From positions 17,228,711 to 17,292,710 of the forward strand of contig MU054187.1 of the NCBI GenBank assembly GCA_013239625.1: a stretch of DNA of 64,000 bases. Reading direction: 5' to 3'. A program made the position numbers and the translations under genes. This document shows, in pieces, positions 47,855-60,599 of this stretch (the first letter of the stretch is position 1; each line of letters opens with the position of its first letter). Under the pieces are notes generated by a model. That model saw nothing but the letters and a program-made list of their open reading frames with translations. It made no database searches and had not been told where the DNA came from. Source of the DNA: Lama guanicoe. Lineage: Eukaryota.

Positions 47855-50782
47855 AAATATGTATCTGGAATCTTCTTGAAAATGGAAGGAGCCAGCAAAG
47901 TAGCATGAGAAAAAGGAGCTTGTATCTGATTTTTAGTAACATGACTAGTGTATTGTAAAAATTCATGACATAATGAGTTTATCAAGTGCTTGCTACCCGA
48001 GGCGAACCATGCATGTGAATCATGGCTCACAGAAAAAGCATCCTATCAAATAAAGCTGCGTACACGGATGAGGGCTGGGGCACTGACCGATACAGGGAGC
48101 ACAGAATGGTCCACTTGGATGACAGTTAGGGGAACGTGGGTGAGTGAGTGAGAAGCAGAGGAGACAAAAGGCAGCGGGGGGAGGAGGGGCAGGAGGACTC
48201 AGCTGACTGTGAACAGGCCGCAGCATCACTATACAGCGTCATCCTTACTAACCCTGGCCTGGTCCCTTCCAGCTGCTTCACGTGTGTGCAGCCAGTCACG
48301 TTAGTACAGTTATATGTTAACGGGTACCTGCTTTCTAAGGGCCATTTCAGACTCACAGATTTCTCATCAGGCGGGAAAGTCAGAAGACCCCCCGGTTCAT
48401 CCATAGCACTCAGGTGGGCTGTCTGATCCAGAAATCAAGTCCGCTGCCTGGAAAGGCTGCTATGAAATTCACCATCCACTTCGTTTTCCAACCAATTGTG
48501 TAATGAATGTTAAAATATTGACTTTTTTGCAAGAGAAAATGCCATTATTTTAAGAAAATTTGGACTCACAGTCTTACATGATCTTGGCTTAAAAACATAT
48601 GAGCTAAATACAAAATATGAAATTTGTGGGGTTTTTTTTAAACTGTGATTGCCAGAGTGTACCCAACTTGCATGTTAAATCACTTGCTCAGTATCATAAA
48701 GGTGGTAAATGTTGCCACAGGACTTGTTCTCAAGGCACTCTGACTAGATTTCTGATTGTAGCCAGTACGTTTTCTTTCCTCCTACAATATCATCTAGATT
48801 CTGCTTTGTAAAAAAATCTAAACAAGCTTTGGAAATCAAGTGAAGCAATTAGAAGAAAACAAAAAAGAGGAAAATTGACAAATTAGAGAAGGTTGGCATA
48901 AAGAAGGTCAAAGACCAAATATTTATCACGTTAGCATCAGTGATGTTGTGTGAGACAGACTCTGTCAGACTCTTTGATCTGACTTAAAGCTTTTAATATG
49001 CCCCTTTTCCCAAAGCTTTCAGCTAAAGGAACTAAAATTTTGCACCGTCAGGAAAAAAATCTCATCACTGTGACAATCTTTCCAATGTCCTTTTCTGGTT
49101 TCTCAGCTGGATCCTCAGGGTTTTTATTATTTTAAAAGTCAGCTTGTAGGAGTCTCAATTGCTAATTTGCACATGTTTAATTTATAACACTTTCAGTTAA
49201 ATTTCCTATTGTGCAGTTCTGCACTTGAAGGTAGAACCTTCGAAATAATTCTTAAATCCAGTGCTACTGCAAAAAGCTTGCTTTCAGAATGTTCTGTCTC
49301 TTGAAGCCAACAAAACAGTGAGACAGGCTAAGGAAAGAGCTTTCTCATAATTTGCTATTTGTCTTAAAAATAAATTTATCATTGTTCTAATCTCAGAGAG
49401 TGAGAGAGAGAGAGAAGGAAAGAGAAAGAGAGAAATGACACATCCTAGAAAGTCTCTCATGCTTTCTGTAAAGAAGAGACATAAGTACATATACCAAGAT
49501 GAGAACATGTGGTTCTTGAGCTTTTTTTCATTTATCTACAGAATATCTTCTTGTGCTTCCCAGGTAAGGAGGCCACAGTTCCAGTTTGTGCTAATTGTTT
49601 CAGTGTCCCATCAATTAATTACCTCTTTCTGTCTCAAAATTGTCATAGATTAGACAAAACAATATAAGGGAATTAAGGAATCTAATTTAGCTCTTGGAGC
49701 TTAAAGAGCTTTTATCAACTCTGTTCTAAAGGCTTTTGGAATAGAACATTGGGACTGGTACAAATAATTGGTGAATTGAGTCAGGATAGAAATAAACTTT
49801 AAATAAAAGGTTAGATTTCAGATGGAATAAAGCAGACCACCCCTGCTTGAGTTCCTTGGGTGTGAATGTAACAGACAACTCACAACAGGGAGGACCTTCC
49901 AGGTGTCATTCTGTGCAGGAATTATTAAGGCAAGAAGCTGAATCTCATAGTAGAACTTTGCGTGAGCTTGTGAAAAGTTTGCCTCAATCAGTAGATACTG
50001 GCCAGATTTTTTCCAGCTAATGACCAGAACATCTGACAGAGCTGTGTGGGTCAGTGGCTTAGATCAGCAATTCACTCATTTACAAGTATGTTTCGCTGCG
50101 TAAACAGATCTTTCAGACACATATCTGGATTTGGCAATATAAATAATAAATCATTTCTAAGAGCTAAATTGAGTTTCACACATATTTGGACTGTGTCAAC
50201 CCGGGTGTTGAGATTTATAACAGTTGTCCATTTGCGTAACATGCCCCAGCGCACCTTCGAAGTGAACTCATTGTAATCTTGATACCAAGGAGTTAGTCTA
50301 TCAGCACATAAGGGCAGATCACCAATTAGGTTCTGAGGAAACAAGAAGGTTGAACTGAGGCACAGATCACCTAAAAAAAGCTCATCAACATAAAAGGAAG
50401 ATAAAATTCAAATGTAGCCCTCAGGTCTGTGGTCTCAAAATGAACTTTTCATTTAAAACGGAACTCTACCCACAAGTCTACAAGTATTTGCTTAGTTGTT
50501 CTGGGGCGTGCTCAAAATCTCTTTGCAGGTGCATGTGTTGGTTGCTTTGTAGTTCCACTCCTGCTCTGTCTCCTCTTTGTCTCCACTCTTCGTGAGCAAA
50601 GCTGGATGGAGGCACCCAGATGTTGCCGCCACACCTCTTGGGATCATTCGTGTGTAAACCTCTTCTATTTTGATATTCCCAGAGTCCCCAGTCCTGGGGG
50701 AAACAGGAGAGTACATTCTCCCTCTGTAACCACAGACGCAAAACCTGAGTTTCACATCAGTGGATATGACTGCATTCATCCC

Positions 50783-50879
50783 ACTAAGCCATTTTATATA
50801 AAGGACTTGAGCATCTGAGGACTTTAGTATCTGTGAGGTCTCCTGGAGTCAATCCCCCGTGGATACCGAAGGATGACTG
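50783..50879 (+). mobile_element. MER2 (TcMar-Tigger) DNA transposon end fragment
   Basis: GCCATTTTATATAAAGGACTTGAGCATC..CAATCCCCCGTGGATACCGAAGGATGACTG matches the recalled MER2 terminal inverted-repeat region. Confidence 0.8.
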
Positions 50880-51709
50880 CACTAAGCTCTGAAGAGAGAG
50901 GGAAATATAATGTCTTGACTTCTGAGTCCTCCTGACTAGTTCCATGTGCAACTGCCTCCCATTTCCCAACTCTGTAGTGTATTTAAATTCAGTCCAAGAC
51001 ACTTAGTGTGCTATGGGAGACTTTCTATTCTCGTTTATACTTCTCCTTTCCTTTTTCCCACCCAATGCCTCACCGCTAGCATGAGAAAATATCATTTCTC
51101 TTCATCTAGCTGACAAAAAGTCTCCCATGCATATACAAATATATAGAAGCGAATACAGGAACTTGTTTGAAAGGAAAAGGAGGTGGTATCATCTAAACTA
51201 GTGAACAGGGAGTCAAAAGCACCTTGTGGTTCAAGAATATCAATATTCAGTAAAGAATAATGTGGTCCATATAAGTGAATTTTATAGATATGTTAAGACT
51301 CGCCATTCAACTAGAATATTTGTAGATTGAGATATGATCTCATAATCTGTAGGTCTAAAATTGTTATTTTCCACTTTGATAACATTTAAAAAATAAACTA
51401 CACACTCTGCTGACTTTTACAAATATTACAATAAACAGAATTTAATTTTTGGCTGATTATGAAATAATATTATTTCATTCTTATTACCAAAATAAAGAGA
51501 CACCTATAGGAGACTCTCCACATCAGGATTTCTTATTTTTTTTTTATCAAACTGTATTCAGTTAATGTTGTAGACCTGCATTATGCAAGCCAGCTTAAAC
51601 GATCTCAAGTTATTTCTCTTTCTGTGGCTATATGCTGTCCACAGATATGTTTTGTTTGAAACACATTGAGAAATTAAGAAGAAATAATTAGAATATTCAG
51701 CATTTCAAA

Positions 51710-53620
51710 ATGAGAGAGTTGGAAGCACTTTGGGAATGACAAAGTAACAGCATCCAAAAAATTCTCTCCTCCATAGACACACACAAAAAAAGTGAAGAAA
51801 ATGGCCAAAATCAACTTTGTTAGAACCTTGGAAATTAACCAAATGCTTGCAACAAAGATTCAAGGAATAAATAATACTAACCATTTAGAAATTCTTCCAA
51901 AAAATGGAAGAGGGAGCACTTTGTAACTCATTCTATGAGGTCAGGTTACTCCAACACCAAAACCAAACAATGACATGGCAAGAAAAAAAAATACAATCCA
52001 GTTCTTTTTGTGAATATAAAAGCAAATATTCTCAGTAAAATACTCAGAAAACAAATCAAGCAATATATAAAAAGGATTATACGTTATGATAAAGTGCAAT
52101 CAATTCCTAGACTTCAAGACTGGTTTCACATCTGAAAAATCAACAAATACACTATGTTAGTAGAATAAAGGACAAAATGATCATCTCAGTAGAAGCAGAA
52201 AAAGCAACTGACAGAATCCAAAACATTTTCATGACAAAAATCATTTAACAAACTAAGAATAGTCCTCATTCTCTGTAAACAAACAAGCAAACAAACAATA
52301 AAACAAAAAACTATTAGAACTATGACAATAGCAAGACATGGCAAGATGTGGAGAAACTGGCACCACAGGACATTTGCTGGAGGGATTGTAAAATGAGGCA
52401 GTCATTTTGGAAGAGACTTTAGCAGTACCTCAAAATGCTAAGCATAGAGTTACCATAATACACAGAGATTCTACTCTTAGGTATATAACCAGGAGAAATG
52501 AAAACATATGTCACTGCAAAAACCTGAATAGGAATATACTTACTAATATGGAAACAAAGTGGAAACAATCCAAATGTCCATCAACTGATAGATGGATAAA
52601 TAAATGTGGTATATCCATAAGTAGTATATTATTTAACAATGAAAAATGAAATATTGATACATGCTATGGTATGAATGAATCTTGAAAACACTGTGTTAAG
52701 CTGTAGTGCAGGTCGAAGGATGTTGGGGCTGATCCAGGAAAAAACATGTGACTATGAGGTGATAATAACACACAATGAGCTTTATATGGGCAACACTTTG
52801 ATAAGTTTGACTTTAAAGGCAGGATGGGGAAAAGAGTCCCTCACAGGAGGAAACTTTTCAGAGGCCAGGTATGGGGGCCATCACCCAAAAGAGGAGCAGG
52901 GCAAAGATGCTCACAGAAGAGTGGAGAAGGGAACTTACAGATGAAAGAAGTAGAATCAGAGAGGAGAGTTTGTGTCTGGGTGATGCTGCTCAGGGCTCTT
53001 TGGGGAGCGTCTGGACCAGAGCTCTCTGAAGGACAACAATGGCTGAGAGTCACTAGGGCCCTGGAGTTTACCTTATCTATGGCTAGTAGATGTTGAGTGT
53101 GGTTTCTCCAGACCAGAGATACCCGAAGAACAACAGTGGCTGCTTTATGGCTAAAAATCTGCTTGTTTGAGCTTTATTTTAAACCTTTGATTGTGCAAGG
53201 GTTTGATGTCCATGAACTTTTACGCTAACAGATGCTAGCCTGCTATGAAAAGGCACAACATAAGGCTAATATACAGAAGCCATCATTGGCTCATTTATGT
53301 AACACAAGCAGAAAAAGCCACTGACAAAGGACCACATAAATATAATTCCATTTATATAAACTGTCCATAATAGGCAAGTCTGTAGAGACAGAAAGTAGAT
53401 TAGTGGTTGTCATTGCCACGAGCTGGGTGGAGAGGGAAACAGGAAGTGATTGCTAATGGATACAGGGTTTCTTTTTGATGTGATGAAAATGTTCTAAAAT
53501 TGGATCGTGGTGATGGTTGCACAACCAAATATACTGCAAACAGTTCATTTTGCATTTTAAAGGGATGCATTTTATGGTATGTTAATTATATGTCAGTAAA
53601 GCTATTTATATAAAAAGAGT
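51710..53620 (+). mobile_element. L1MB-like LINE-1 with large internal deletions, interrupted by an LTR
   Basis: 5'-end motif AAAATCAACTTTG..GGAAATTAACCAAATGCTTGCAACAA joined to ORF2 (CTCATTCTATGAGG..CCAAAACCA), then ORF2 end and L1MB-type 3' UTR (GAGACAGAAAGTAGATTAGTGGTTG..GATGAAAATGTTCTAAAATT). Confidence 0.8.
52702..53304 (-). mobile_element. MER74-like ERVL solo LTR
   Basis: TG...CA ends, 603 bp; reverse complement begins TGTTACATAAATGAGCCAATGATGGCTTCTGTATATT like MER74; 5-bp TSD TAAGC (52697-52701) / CAAGC (53305-53309). Confidence 0.8.
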
Positions 53621-54441
53621 TCTAAAAGTTCATATTTCTATGGCTTTTTAAAAAATTATTACAAGAAGAATTATCTCAGAAATTGGCATGGGCTTCATAC
53701 TCATCGCGCTCTTTAAATGTGGCATCTTCTCAGTTTTCTAGTCTCCTCAGCTTTTGCTTTAACCATTTATATTATCCGCCTGTTCCCTGTACATATTTGA
53801 GTTTATAATTCTTAGTCAATGTATGCAAACTTTTTTTCCTTTTATTTCTTTTTGTCTTTTAAAAAGTTATTCAACATTTTCTACTCTGTTAAGGCCAACT
53901 ATTGCTTCCATATTCTTTACCATACTTTACCATTTAGTAATATAATTTTACTTCAATGTTGTAACAAAAGGTCAGAAAGTTATGTGAATTTTATAATTAA
54001 TATCTTTATTTAAAAAACCAGTTTCTTAACAAAACAGCATAAAATTGTAATGCAAAATTAGACTTTAAAGATACTATAATGAACTTGCTGAGAGATGCCT
54101 TGCTTTCCTTCCTTTGGTTCAGTGTCAGTTCAAACCTATTCACCCACACTTTTGTGATTAAGAATTGAACAAATAAAATATGAGAAAGCTGAAAGAAGAA
54201 TGAAATAAATTATAGATGAGTTGAAACAATTAAATTTGAGGAAAGAAAACTGAAAGTGCCAATTTTATGTGAATGAAATTAATCTATCAAATAGTTCATC
54301 ACCATTATTAATCAATCAAAGTTCAGAAAGTAAGAAACAGATGGGTGATTTTTCTCCCTTTTCGGCTGGAGTAGCAGGGTCTTTTCATTTCTTACAGCAG
54401 GTCAACTTCATATTAAATACCTCCTGTGCTAGAACATATTC

Positions 54442-54770
54442 TGTGGTAACAAGGCTCTGTGATAGAACTCAATCATGTCTGCCTCTTGGTGCTCATACAC
54501 CTGAGTGGTACCTCCCACAGGGAAAAAGACTGATGTGAGTGATGGAAAGAACCTGGTGAAGCAAAGATGTGTGACTTTTGAGGCTACTTCATAAAAATAA
54601 AATATTGCAACTTACACCTTGCTCTTTGGAAGTAGTCCAGATGCCAGACTTCAAAATGTCCTGTGGAGTGGTCCACATGGAAAAATTGAGTTCTTCTGCT
54701 GACACTAGTACCAACTTGCTATGTGAGTGAGCTACCTTGAAATCAAATCTTACAGTCACTGTCAAAAATG
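54442..54770 (+). mobile_element. MLT1 (F/G-like) MaLR LTR, 3'-truncated
   Basis: TGTGGTA start; GTGACTTTTGAGGCTA..CATAAAAA; GGTCCACATGG; CCAACTTGCTATGTGAGTGAGCTACCTTG. Confidence 0.7.
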
Positions 54771-56414
54771 ATGAGCAGTAAAAGTATTGTCTCTAATTCA
54801 ATCTTTGCTGAGTTCCTTTTGAAAGGGTCAGTTGTACTAAATATTCATAGCTCGCAGCCAGTTCCAAACAACAGAAAACAGAATCAAAACTGTTGGGCCC
54901 ATTTTCATTAAGGTTTATATTCAGACACATGAGGGTTAGAAGATCTCCATGGTTACCATTAAATTAAAATGTTGACAGAAAAGATGACAATGTGAAGTAT
55001 AACAAAAAATGATACAATTGAAAATAGAGATATTTGAATAGCTCATTGACACACATCATGTCAGGTCATTAAATTTTCAGAGATAATAAAACATAGTAAT
55101 AATAATACTCAGGCTATAATTAGCTTAATTACATACCAGCTATTAACACCACAGAAACAAACATCACCAGAAGCATTTTTTATCTGTTTTTCTCTTGATT
55201 TTTTTTATATTTGCTTTATGATTAAACTTTCTTATTTGTGTATAGCAGGCACGTTATTAAATATGGACACTGGAAAAAGTCTTTGTGTTTGTGGAACAGA
55301 AAACGTAATTTGAAGCTAAGGGGTAGGTAGCCATTTTAGATTGTTACTGTTGTGGGACTTGCAAGATTTTTATGACATTTGTTTTTCCCCGAGGAATTAA
55401 AATGTGTCAGGATGAGATGGCATGTAATTTTTGTGACAATAGCTTTCTTTAGGTTTTATTGGGCACAATGTCCTATAGTTTAGATATGGAAATTTTCCCA
55501 TCCAAAGAAATTGAAAGCATTGTAGAGAAGGGCATGAAAGCAACATTTCATTAATACAGATATCTCTGCACAGAATGTATTATTGAAAGATTCCAAAGCA
55601 TACATTTTCATCCTACAAATTCTTACATACATATATTCTGAGAGATCTTTAATTAAATCAGAGGTTTTAAAGGTAACTTAAATAATGCTAATGAAAAATC
55701 TCTCTCTCTGGATTTATACCATGTTGATGTCATCTTTTAATGCTTATGCTCACTGTCCAAAATTGTGTATTTTTGTATCCATGGAAGTAAATCATAATCC
55801 AATGAACATCTTCTTGCTGTTTTAAAAAAGAGCATAGTGGAGAGCACTATATTATTATCTGATTGATGATATTGATTAGATAATTAAAGAAAATTTGGAG
55901 GTTAGTTTGTTCCTGTCTATATTACTTAGAAAAAATGTCACACATGACTGGACAAAGGCCTAGTGTATTTGGAAATATTTGTCTTATTCAGTGAGTTCCC
56001 TGCTAAATGGTATAGCCAACATCACATCTGCTTTTATCACCTTAAATGCCTTAGGGATTTTCTCTGATAGCTTTTGTAAAAATTATTACTGTAAATTCCT
56101 CACATTATGTGCAAGATTCTTTAGCACATTTTCCTATTTGAAGGAACTATTTAAATATTTGTAGGAATAGATAGAATTTTTATATGGGGTCTAACAGAGG
56201 CAGGACAAGATCCTTTTTTCTATCTTAAAAGTAGTGATCAATTTCCTTTTTTTTTTTTTTTGGTGAGGATGTATCAGAAAGGATATGAAAAAAGAAGATA
56301 AATAGAGTGATATCTGCTTCTCAATCTGGCATGAAGGCCCATTTGCATCAAATGGAAAGAGGAGTTCAGATGTGCAGAATCATTTGTGAGAACACTGTTC
56401 AGCTAGAAGTATTA

Positions 56415-58203
56415 GAGAGTGGAGATTAAGACGGTGGAGTAAGAGGATCCTGAGCTTACCTTCCTTAATGAACATGTCAAAAACGCAACCACATGCCGAG
56501 CAAGTCTTGCTGAAAATGACCTGGAATTGGGCAGAACAGCTCTTGTGCAACTAAGGCTGTAAGGGAGGATCCACACAGAGTTTGATGGGAAGGAAGGGAA
56601 AGCGATCTGGTTGGGACCTAAACCTCTTGCAGGATATGCAGAAGAGGAGGGGGCTATCATGAGCTCTGGAATCTCCCCTGGGGAGTGAGGAGTTCGAACC
56701 ACATATTAGGCACTCCACCTCTTGGGGTTTGACACCACGGAGACAAGTCCTACTGGTTTGAAATCCAGTGGGGTTCACCAAAGGGCCATAAGAAACCAAG
56801 ATTCTGCTCTTGAGGACTGTGCACACAGGCAGCAAACTGAAAACTGCACAGACTCTGGTTGGCTTGCAGGACCACCTGTTTGCCTCTCAGCCCGCACCAG
56901 GCTCCTGCTCCAGCCCTTCTTGCTCTGGTGCTTCTCCCCACCTAGTAGTTGGCTGTCACTGCCCATAAGAGTGTGGGCCCTTAGACACACTCGTCCTCAG
57001 CCACGCCTCTGACCAGAGCAGAGGCAACCATTGCCAGCAATCATGCCCCTACCCACATTTAGAAGTGAAATTAGCTCTAGGGAAGGGGCCACTATTGCCT
57101 AAGGGAACAAAACCAGCTCAGCAGTGTGGCACCAATGCCTCCAGCCCCAACCACCCTTTTACCAAGGAATTCACATTGGGGAAAAAGTGAAACCAGCACA
57201 GAAGTGTTGGTCCAAGCTCTCGGCCTCAGCTATGACCCCAACCAAGACAGAGAATTCCATAACCCTCAGGAGAAACCCAGCTCCCTCAGGGACCATCACC
57301 AGAGGGCAGTAATCGCCACTGAGCATAGGAGAAACCCTGCCTCACATATGACTTTTAGTCTAGGCCCTCCAACACCAGCCTTATTTCTTGACCAAAGTGG
57401 CGGATGCCAGCAAATCCACGAAGAAGGTGCAGCCATGCTCACTTCAGATCCAGCTCTCCACCAAATCTACTGGCAGACACAGGCTATCTAGGGACACTCC
57501 TACAAAAGAACACAACTTCAAGACCAGGATAGGTAACTGTTTATCTAGAGATAGTTAAATAAAGTGAGAATACAGAGGAATATGTTCCAACAACAACAAA
57601 AAAGAGAAAACAAGAAAAAAAAAAAACTCCTGATGAGACAGAGGTGAATAATTTACCTGATAAAGAGCTCAAAGCAATAAAATAAAAATAAAAATAAAAA
57701 CTGAATGGAGGAAAATTAGATAAATAGAGTGAGAATTTCAGCAAAAAGAATTAGAAGTTATAAAAAGACTCAGAGCTGAAGAATACACTAGGGGAAATAA
57801 AAAATACACTAGATGGAGTTAACAACACATTAGGCAATACAGAAGAACATACAAGTGGTCTGGAAGTTAGAGTAATGGAAATCACTCAATCAGAAAAGCT
57901 GAAAGCATTCCTTCTAAAATCAGGAGCAAGACAAGGATGCCCACTCTCATCACTCTTATTTTGGAAGTCCTAGCCACAGCCATCAGAAAAGAAAAAGAAA
58001 TACAAGGAATTGAAATTGGAAAGGGAAAAGTTAAACTGTCACTGTTTGCAGATGACATGATAGTAGACACAGAAAATTCTAAAGGTACCACTAGAAAACT
58101 ACCAGGACTCATCAATCAGTTCAGTAAAGTTGCAGGACACAAAATTGATACACAAAAATCTGTTGCCGTTGCATACACTAACAACAAAATAGCAGAAAGA
58201 GAA
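56415..58203 (+). mobile_element. LINE-1 5' UTR plus ORF1 start fused to an ORF2 RT fragment
   Basis: 5' start AAGACGGTGGAGTAAGAGGATCCTGAGCTTACC; ORF1 (AATTTACCTGATAAAGAG); junction near 57895; ORF 57937-58215 reads LEVLATAIRKEKEIQGIEIGKGKVKLSLFADDMIV (L1 RT FADD motif). Confidence 0.9.
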
Positions 58204-58204
58204 C

Positions 58205-58425
58205 CTGTTGGTTAGTTTTGCTGTTCTAGAAACTCATGTAAGTGAAATCATACAGTGTATTCTCCTCTATGTCTGGCCTCTTTCACCCGGCAGATTTTTG
58301 TTTAGATTCAGTCATGTTGCATTTATCAGAAGTTTATTCCTCTTCTTTGACAAGCAGTACTCCACTACACAGATAAAGCATGATTTGTTTACTCATTTAC
58401 CCATTGATGGACATCTTTGATTTGT
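58205..58425 (-). mobile_element. old L1 3' fragment, antisense
   Basis: CTGTTCTAGAAACTCATGTAAGTGAAATCATACAGTGT..GATTCAGTCATGTTGC..CCATTGATGGACAT. Confidence 0.75.
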
Positions 58426-60089
58426 GGATACATAAACTTTGTGGCTCTTCTAAAATTCAGAAGAAAGGTATTCAAATCCATACTTTATGGAAAATATATA
58501 TTAATTCCATAATAATCCTACCAAGTAAATTTTGAAAAACATCTGAAGGATTTTTTAAAAATTATATGACATTGATAGGGTTTAGAATGAAAACAGGCAA
58601 GAAGAATTATTTATAGTCATAAATTCTCCAAAATTATTTCTCAAATTCTTATGTTATTTCCAGCAAACTATTTTGCAGTGTTTAAAAACAAGGTGCTCCA
58701 TTTAGCTCATTCAGCTTGGTAAATGAGTGTGGTCTCACGTTCCCATGAACTCAATGCATTTTAAAACTGGAATTCTTGCTCTTCCTGAACAGTCTACAAT
58801 GCCCCTGTTTTTTCTTTACAGATTATAATTCAGCATGTTTAAGCATTTTGTTACATGAGCAAGAAAGTATAAAGCCCTTGATCTGAGGAAGCAGCTAAGT
58901 AAATATCAGTTGGTTTCCAGGAACTATTTATCTGACATGTTAAAATAAACCAAATGCCCATTCTCTGGTTCATCTTAATACAAATATTGGTGATGGTTAA
59001 AGGCACAGTTACAAAAAAAAAATCAAAAGCTTTAAAACACTTTATATTAGCTCTTGCAGTGAACCTGACTTGCAAATTTCTCAGCACAAAGTCCATTGGT
59101 AGAAAGTTGCCCTTTGAATTGAATAAAATTTGAAAAACACACATTTCTACATTATTTCATTACGGGAGTCTAGTTGTGGTGAAAATACAGAGGTGTCCAT
59201 AGTGGGATTTTTCTGGGGCACTTGGCCTGTTTTTAATGAGGGACAACCTGGTGGCTACAAATCCTCCTTCAAAGAGGCCAAAATGATTTTTATTTTTAAA
59301 ATAAAAGCATTTTAAGCCATAAATTACTAATGCTTACTCTTCTCAGTATTCATTACCTAACGGGACAACTGATTCCTTCAGCACTTTGGAATATGTTTCA
59401 TACTCCTATTTCATGGCATGAAATTTATCTCTGACACAGATTTGAAATAAAGCTGAAAAATATGCCTTTAAAAAACTGATGCTCAACTTTTTCTTATTTA
59501 GACCAAACAGGTCACTTCCCTTCTGGCTAAGAAGCTAGATCCTACTCGGGGAAAAAAGTAATCTAAAAAGTAGAGACAGTGTGGTACCTATGTTGGAAGC
59601 TCCTGACTTCCAGGGTAGAATTAAGTGGGGAGAGGAGAGAATCAGGAAGTGATTGAAAATATAAGTCCAAAAAGGATCAGGGTGGAAAGAGGGGCAGGGG
59701 CAAGGAAACCTTATTCCTCAGGTAGACGGCACTAATGTTAGTCATCTCTTCACAGCTTCAAACACTCTTAGAACCAGAGACATACCGTCACCCTACACTC
59801 TCACTCACTTAGAACTCTTATCCAGCCCCATCCCACACCTGGTTTCATTAAAATCATGGATAAGCCATTTCAATTTTTAAAACTTTTCCAAAAAAAAGGA
59901 AACACAGCATATTAAGGACTTTAAGAATCCAGTATGTGTTTCTGTTTGCCATGACTGGAAAAAAATCTGCTGGTAAAATGTCCATTCTCCTTCCAAGTTT
60001 CAAGTTACCTACCAATTTGATAAAAAAAAACGGCTTGCATTTTTTTTCATCCAAACTCTTTGTACATTGTGAACAAAATCAAGGCATCT

Positions 60090-60400
60090 AAAGTCCTGTG
60101 ACTCGCAAACAGCTCCTTTTTCTAGGTGGCTAATGGTCAGCACCTTTGGGCAAAATCATTTTTACTGCTTCCAATCTATCAATTTGAGCATGGAGTCAAG
60201 GTTTTTCATCACCAGAGACCTTGTCAGATGCTATATCCTAATCTTCTCATCAAATAACACAGTCTAGAAAGAAAATTTGCCCCAAATTGTTATTCTTGGT
60301 GAACCCATGCTGGTTTCTAGTTATCATTTCCTTTTCTGGATGCATAGAATGACACTAATTTCTCCAGTTCATTTTACAAGATAACTTGAAATCTGAATTC
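60090..60400 (-). mobile_element. CR1/L3 LINE reverse-transcriptase fragment
   Basis: Reverse complement of 60292-60336 translates EKEMITRNQHGFTKN (CR1 QHGF motif); 60215-60232 gives ASDKVS (AFDKV motif). Confidence 0.7.
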
Positions 60401-60599
60401 CTTCATAAAAATTCCCTTTATCTCACGTGTCACTGATTAAAAAAATACATCATTAAAGAAAAATTCCCCCGTTTTTCTGCTATCTGTGTCTGTACATCTT
60501 TTTCTCATTCCAACAGAGGGAGTACAGTTTTTACCTTAAAAGCCAACTTTTTCATTCTTGTTTCTAGACCACATCATCTTCCTTATTATCATGGAAGCC

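Noticed and set aside
57937..58215. Novel reverse-transcriptase system
   Set aside because: A 92-aa fragment of canonical L1 ORF2 in a deleted, dead element.
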